Part shown: positions 61,019 to 64,000 of the stretch, piece by piece
Position numbering within the stretch: position 1 is the stretch's first letter
How the letters are laid out: every line of letters begins with the position of its first letter
NCBI GenBank assembly: GCA_965116725.1
Contig: OZ220700.1
Span: 273,837-337,836, forward strand
Origin: Thermodesulfobacteriota bacterium
Lineage (GTDB): Bacteria > Desulfobacterota_D > UBA1144 > Nemesobacterales > Nemesobacteraceae
Length of the DNA: 64,000 nucleotides
Reading direction: 5' to 3'
Notes under the pieces: model-generated
What the model saw: only the letters and a program-made list of their open reading frames with translations
Database searches by the model: none
Told to the model about the DNA's origin: nothing
Position numbers and translations under genes: made by a program

Positions 61019-62965
61019 CTACGGGTTGAGGGTCACTATAATATTCCCGTAGTCGTCCACTTCGCAGGCGGTATCGGGAGGGATAAAAGCAGTGGCAGTT
61101 CTCTCATAGAGAATGCAGGGACCTTCAAATTGAGAACCCGGCCGGAGCTTTTCCCTTTCGCAGCATCCGGCCTTAATGCTTTTGCCCTCAAAAACCACAT
61201 CCTTTGTGAAGAACCGAGGCTCCGCCTCCATAGCAGAAGCGGGAAGAACATCTATTTTTCGCTCCGGCATATAGGCCCTAAGTCTCAGAGTTACGATCTC
61301 AACGACGGAAGATTCCTTCCTGTATCCGTAAACTCTTTCATGCTCGCGGTGAAAATCCGAAGCTATGGAATCACTATAGGAAATAGTTAGTTCATGGGAC
61401 TGCCTTCGGTACCTCGCATCGACACGCTTTTCGAACCTTAGGTCCTCTCTTTCGAGGTCCTCGCGCGCGAGCTTTTCGAGATCCGCGAACTTTCTGTCAG
61501 TCTCCCCAAGATGATCCCCATCCGCTGAGGAGAAAAACGTGATTCCGTAATCCTTGAAGGAATCGGCAAGAAGCATCCCGTAGGCGGAGAGCGCTCCAGG
61601 ATTTTGGGGAAACACGACTTCCCGTATACCTAGGGAGCGGGCGAGTTCACAGGCGTGAAGACCTCCAGCACCGCCAAATGAGACAAGCGAAAATTCTCTC
61701 GGATCGTAGCCCCTGCCGACCGATATCACGCGAAGGGCTTTTTCCATGTTTGAATTTGAAATCCTGATCACGGATTCGGCGACCTCCTCCGTGGGATGAT
61801 CCGGGGCGAGAGAGCGAATCGCTTCAAAAGACCTTTCGGGGTATATATTCATTTCGCCACCCAGAAACCAGCCGGGGTCCATTCTCCCGAGAACTATATT
61901 GGCGTCTGTTACGGTCGGCAAAACGCCTTTCCCGTAACACGCGGGGCCGGGATCAGCACCGGCGCTTCTCGGACCGACCTTAAGGATGCCCCCGTCGGCA
62001 ATGTAAGCGACTGAACCGCCCCCGGCCCCTATGGTCGAGATGTTTATCATCGGCACCTTAAGCGCAACACCTCCCAGGGTGTTCTCGGTCGTAAAGCTTA
62101 TTTTGCCGTCGCAAAGAGATATATCTGTCGAAGTTCCCCCCATGTCGTAGGTAATAATTTTCTTTCTCCCGGAGAGCGCACATATCTCAAACGCTCCAAC
62201 CACTCCCCCGGCGGGACCGGAAAGAACTATTTTTGCAGGCTCCTCGGCCGCTTGTTCAGCAGATATAACCCCGCCGTTTGACTGCATGATGGAAAGAGAT
62301 TTTTCCTCGAGGGTACGGGAGAGCGAACGCATGTACTTGTTCACTTTCGGAATCAGATAAGAATTAAGGACCGTCGTCGAAGTCCTCTCATACTCCCTGA
62401 ATTCCGCGACAAGCTCAGAGGAGAGGGTAATCGGGATACCGAGTTCGGAAAGCACGGCAGCAACCCTGCGTTCATTCTCGGGGTTTGCGTAGGAATGGAG
62501 GAAACAAACCGCTATCGCCTCAACACCTAGAGAAGATATCTCCTCCTTTACTTCCTCTACTTCAGCTTCATCCGGGCAAACAAGCACACGGCCGCGGTAA
62601 TCCGTTCTCTCGGAAACCCCGAACCTGAGTTCCGGGGGAACAAGAGGGACAGCCGGACTCCATAGCAGATCGTACAGTTTCTCCCTGCTCTGTCGCCTGA
62701 TTTCGATTACGTCTTCAAAACCCCTTGTGGTGACAAGGCAGGTCTTCGCCCCTTCCCGCTCCAAAAGAGCATTTGTGGCCACGGTGGTTCCGTGGATAAT
62801 TTCCGATATGTGGGAGAATTCAACGGGATGGGTTTTAAGTCCGTTTAGTACTGCTATCGAAGGATCGCGGGGAGTGGAAGGAACCTTGTTTACCGATATT
62901 TCCCTTCCATCGAAGAAAACAAAATCGGTGAAAGTTCCTCCCGCGTCTATGCCTACCGAGAGCAT
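61019..62965 (-). CDS. Hydantoinase A/5-oxoprolinase-family ATPase subunit
   Basis: GIDAGGTFTD, HGTTVATNALLE, SGPAGG, DMGGTSTD, IGAGGGS and FGGAG.LHA. Confidence 0.93.
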   Translation of the reverse strand: MLSVGIDAGGTFTDFVFFDGREISVNKVPSTPRDPSIAVLNGLKTHPVEFSHISEIIHGTTVATNALLEREGAKTCLVTTRGFEDVIEIRRQSREKLYDLLWSPAVPLVPPELRFGVSERTDYRGRVLVCPDEAEVEEVKEEISSLGVEAIAVCFLHSYANPENERRVAAVLSELGIPITLSSELVAEFREYERTSTTVLNSYLIPKVNKYMRSLSRTLEEKSLSIMQSNGGVISAEQAAEEPAKIVLSGPAGGVVGAFEICALSGRKKIITYDMGGTSTDISLCDGKISFTTENTLGGVALKVPMINISTIGAGGGSVAYIADGGILKVGPRSAGADPGPACYGKGVLPTVTDANIVLGRMDPGWFLGGEMNIYPERSFEAIRSLAPDHPTEEVAESVIRISNSNMEKALRVISVGRGYDPREFSLVSFGGAGGLHACELARSLGIREVVFPQNPGALSAYGMLLADSFKDYGITFFSSADGDHLGETDRKFADLEKLAREDLEREDLRFEKRVDARYRRQSHELTISYSDSIASDFHREHERVYGYRKESSVVEIVTLRLRAYMPERKIDVLPASAMEAEPRFFTKDVVFEGKSIKAGCCEREKLRPGSQFEGPCILYERTATAFIPPDTACEVDDYGNIIVTLNP

Positions 62966-63022
62966 AAAAAGATCTTTACCTCGCTGTGCGCGGGTTAAAA
63001 CCGCACGGGGCTACGTGCGCAA

Positions 63023-63235
63023 TCAGTAATTATCTCTATCCTTGGGATATATGACGTTTACCTTTCCTTCGGCTATTTCTCTTAGCGCCGAAACAACATG
63101 TTTGTTGTCATCGTTCTCGGACGCCACTATGGTAGCTCCATTGGATATCTGGCTTGCTCTTTTCATCGCTGCGATGGAAAGAGCAAATCTGTTCTCAACT
63201 TTCTCTAAGCAGTCTTCAATTGTAATTCTGGCCAT
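63023..63235 (-). CDS. rpoZ: RNA polymerase omega subunit
   Basis: [14 protein letters not shown] and ALREIA.G. Confidence 0.96.
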   Translation of the reverse strand: MARITIEDCLEKVENRFALSIAAMKRASQISNGATIVASENDDNKHVVSALREIAEGKVNVIYPKDRDNY

Positions 63236-63354
63236 GGATTGTTACCTTCCTTAATCAGTACCTAACTCGAATATTATACCCTATATCATTCGACTCTTCA
63301 CGGTAATGTCAATTAATCCCGCCTTGATTCTTCCCTTAGCTAAAATTTCACACC

Positions 63355-64000
63355 CTAATTATTAACGAGAACAAGTTTACGGTTCCCCGTGCCGGGAAGC
63401 ACACCAAGGGCCCTTTCACTTGAAGTTAGTTCCCTGAATTCCGGACGTTTGACGGTATCCACATATATCCACCGCGACTCGGCCCTTTTCGGAGTAAAAC
63501 TGACAATCATATAACCGCGGTCCTTTGTGTTTGAGTAGACAAGACCGTCAACCAGCACTTCCAGATTCCGGGCAAACTCCTCGGCTTGGTTCGGTTCAAG
63601 TTTCAGATAAGTCTCAAGACCTCCCGAGGACACAGACGCGGTGGCGAACTCGACACCTACCTGGTTACCTGCCGCATCCTTGAGATTACTTGCCCATCCG
63701 TTATGCGTATCCCCGGCGAGCACTATCAAGTTCTTATCCCCTCCGTAAGCCGCGCCTAACACCGCTTCGCGCTCTGCAGGATAACCGTCCCAGGCATCAA
63801 GATTATAGGGAAGTACAGTGTTTACACGGTCCCGTTCATCCTGAGTCATGGAAGGATCATCTCGCAGCACCCGCTCCTTAATCTCGGTCAGTTCACCAAT
63901 AAGACCCGCGACCTGCGGTGTGCGATCGCCCAGATGGGGAATTATTTCAGCCGGAACGTTCATTCTGCCCATAAGCACCTGCTGACCCAGAACCTGCCAA
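63355..64000 (-). CDS. phoD: Alkaline phosphatase D family protein (C-terminal part; truncated by window edge)
   Basis: Frame is open to the window edge. WQVLGQQVLM, YNLDAWDGY.AERE, LAGDTHN.W, VEFAT.SVSS and RGY. Confidence 0.9.
   Translation of the reverse strand, partial: WQVLGQQVLMGRMNVPAEIIPHLGDRTPQVAGLIGELTEIKERVLRDDPSMTQDERDRVNTVLPYNLDAWDGYPAEREAVLGAAYGGDKNLIVLAGDTHNGWASNLKDAAGNQVGVEFATASVSSGGLETYLKLEPNQAEEFARNLEVLVDGLVYSNTKDRGYMIVSFTPKRAESRWIYVDTVKRPEFRELTSSERALGVLPGTGNRKLVLVNN

Overview
A 64-kb core-chromosome segment of a Gram-negative bacterium (about 50% GC, most genes on the minus strand). Protein style and gene mix resemble deltaproteobacteria-like lineages such as Candidatus Dadabacteria, but that is an impression, not a result. 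Left part: a hemD fragment, rsmE, a complete cytochrome c maturation operon (ccmABCDEF, a CcmI-N-like ORF and a cytochrome c/Ig-fold membrane protein), gloA, rarA, an M42 peptidase, gltA, an M50 protease, ptsP, an FprA-type reductase, an RNB nuclease and pyrG. Middle: rdgB, an orphan STAS gene, tmRNA-smpB, dtd, alr, a beta-barrel OMP, an MFS transporter, SRPBCC, metF, ubiE/menG, pdxH, TIGR01777 and an LLM oxidoreductase. Right part: the contiguous str-S10-spc-alpha ribosomal superoperon (no rpmD), purD, glmS, glmU, ssb, a Nudix hydrolase, hydantoinase A, rpoZ and a partial phoD. I found no mobile elements, integrases or CRISPR arrays. The best leads are: (1) a System I*-type Ccm operon whose CcmC lacks the second heme-ligand His and the WWD Arg, and which carries its own cytochrome c-Ig accessory protein; (2) an unannotated 46-aa lysine-rich peptide heading that operon; (3) an approximately 180-nt rod-shaped, 6S-like ncRNA candidate next to tandem operators; (4) a structured gltA leader; (5) a frame-broken 39-aa tandem repeat tail on L17; (6) a tuf gene with sharply anomalous strand composition. 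All RNA structures were paired by hand and need computational confirmation.
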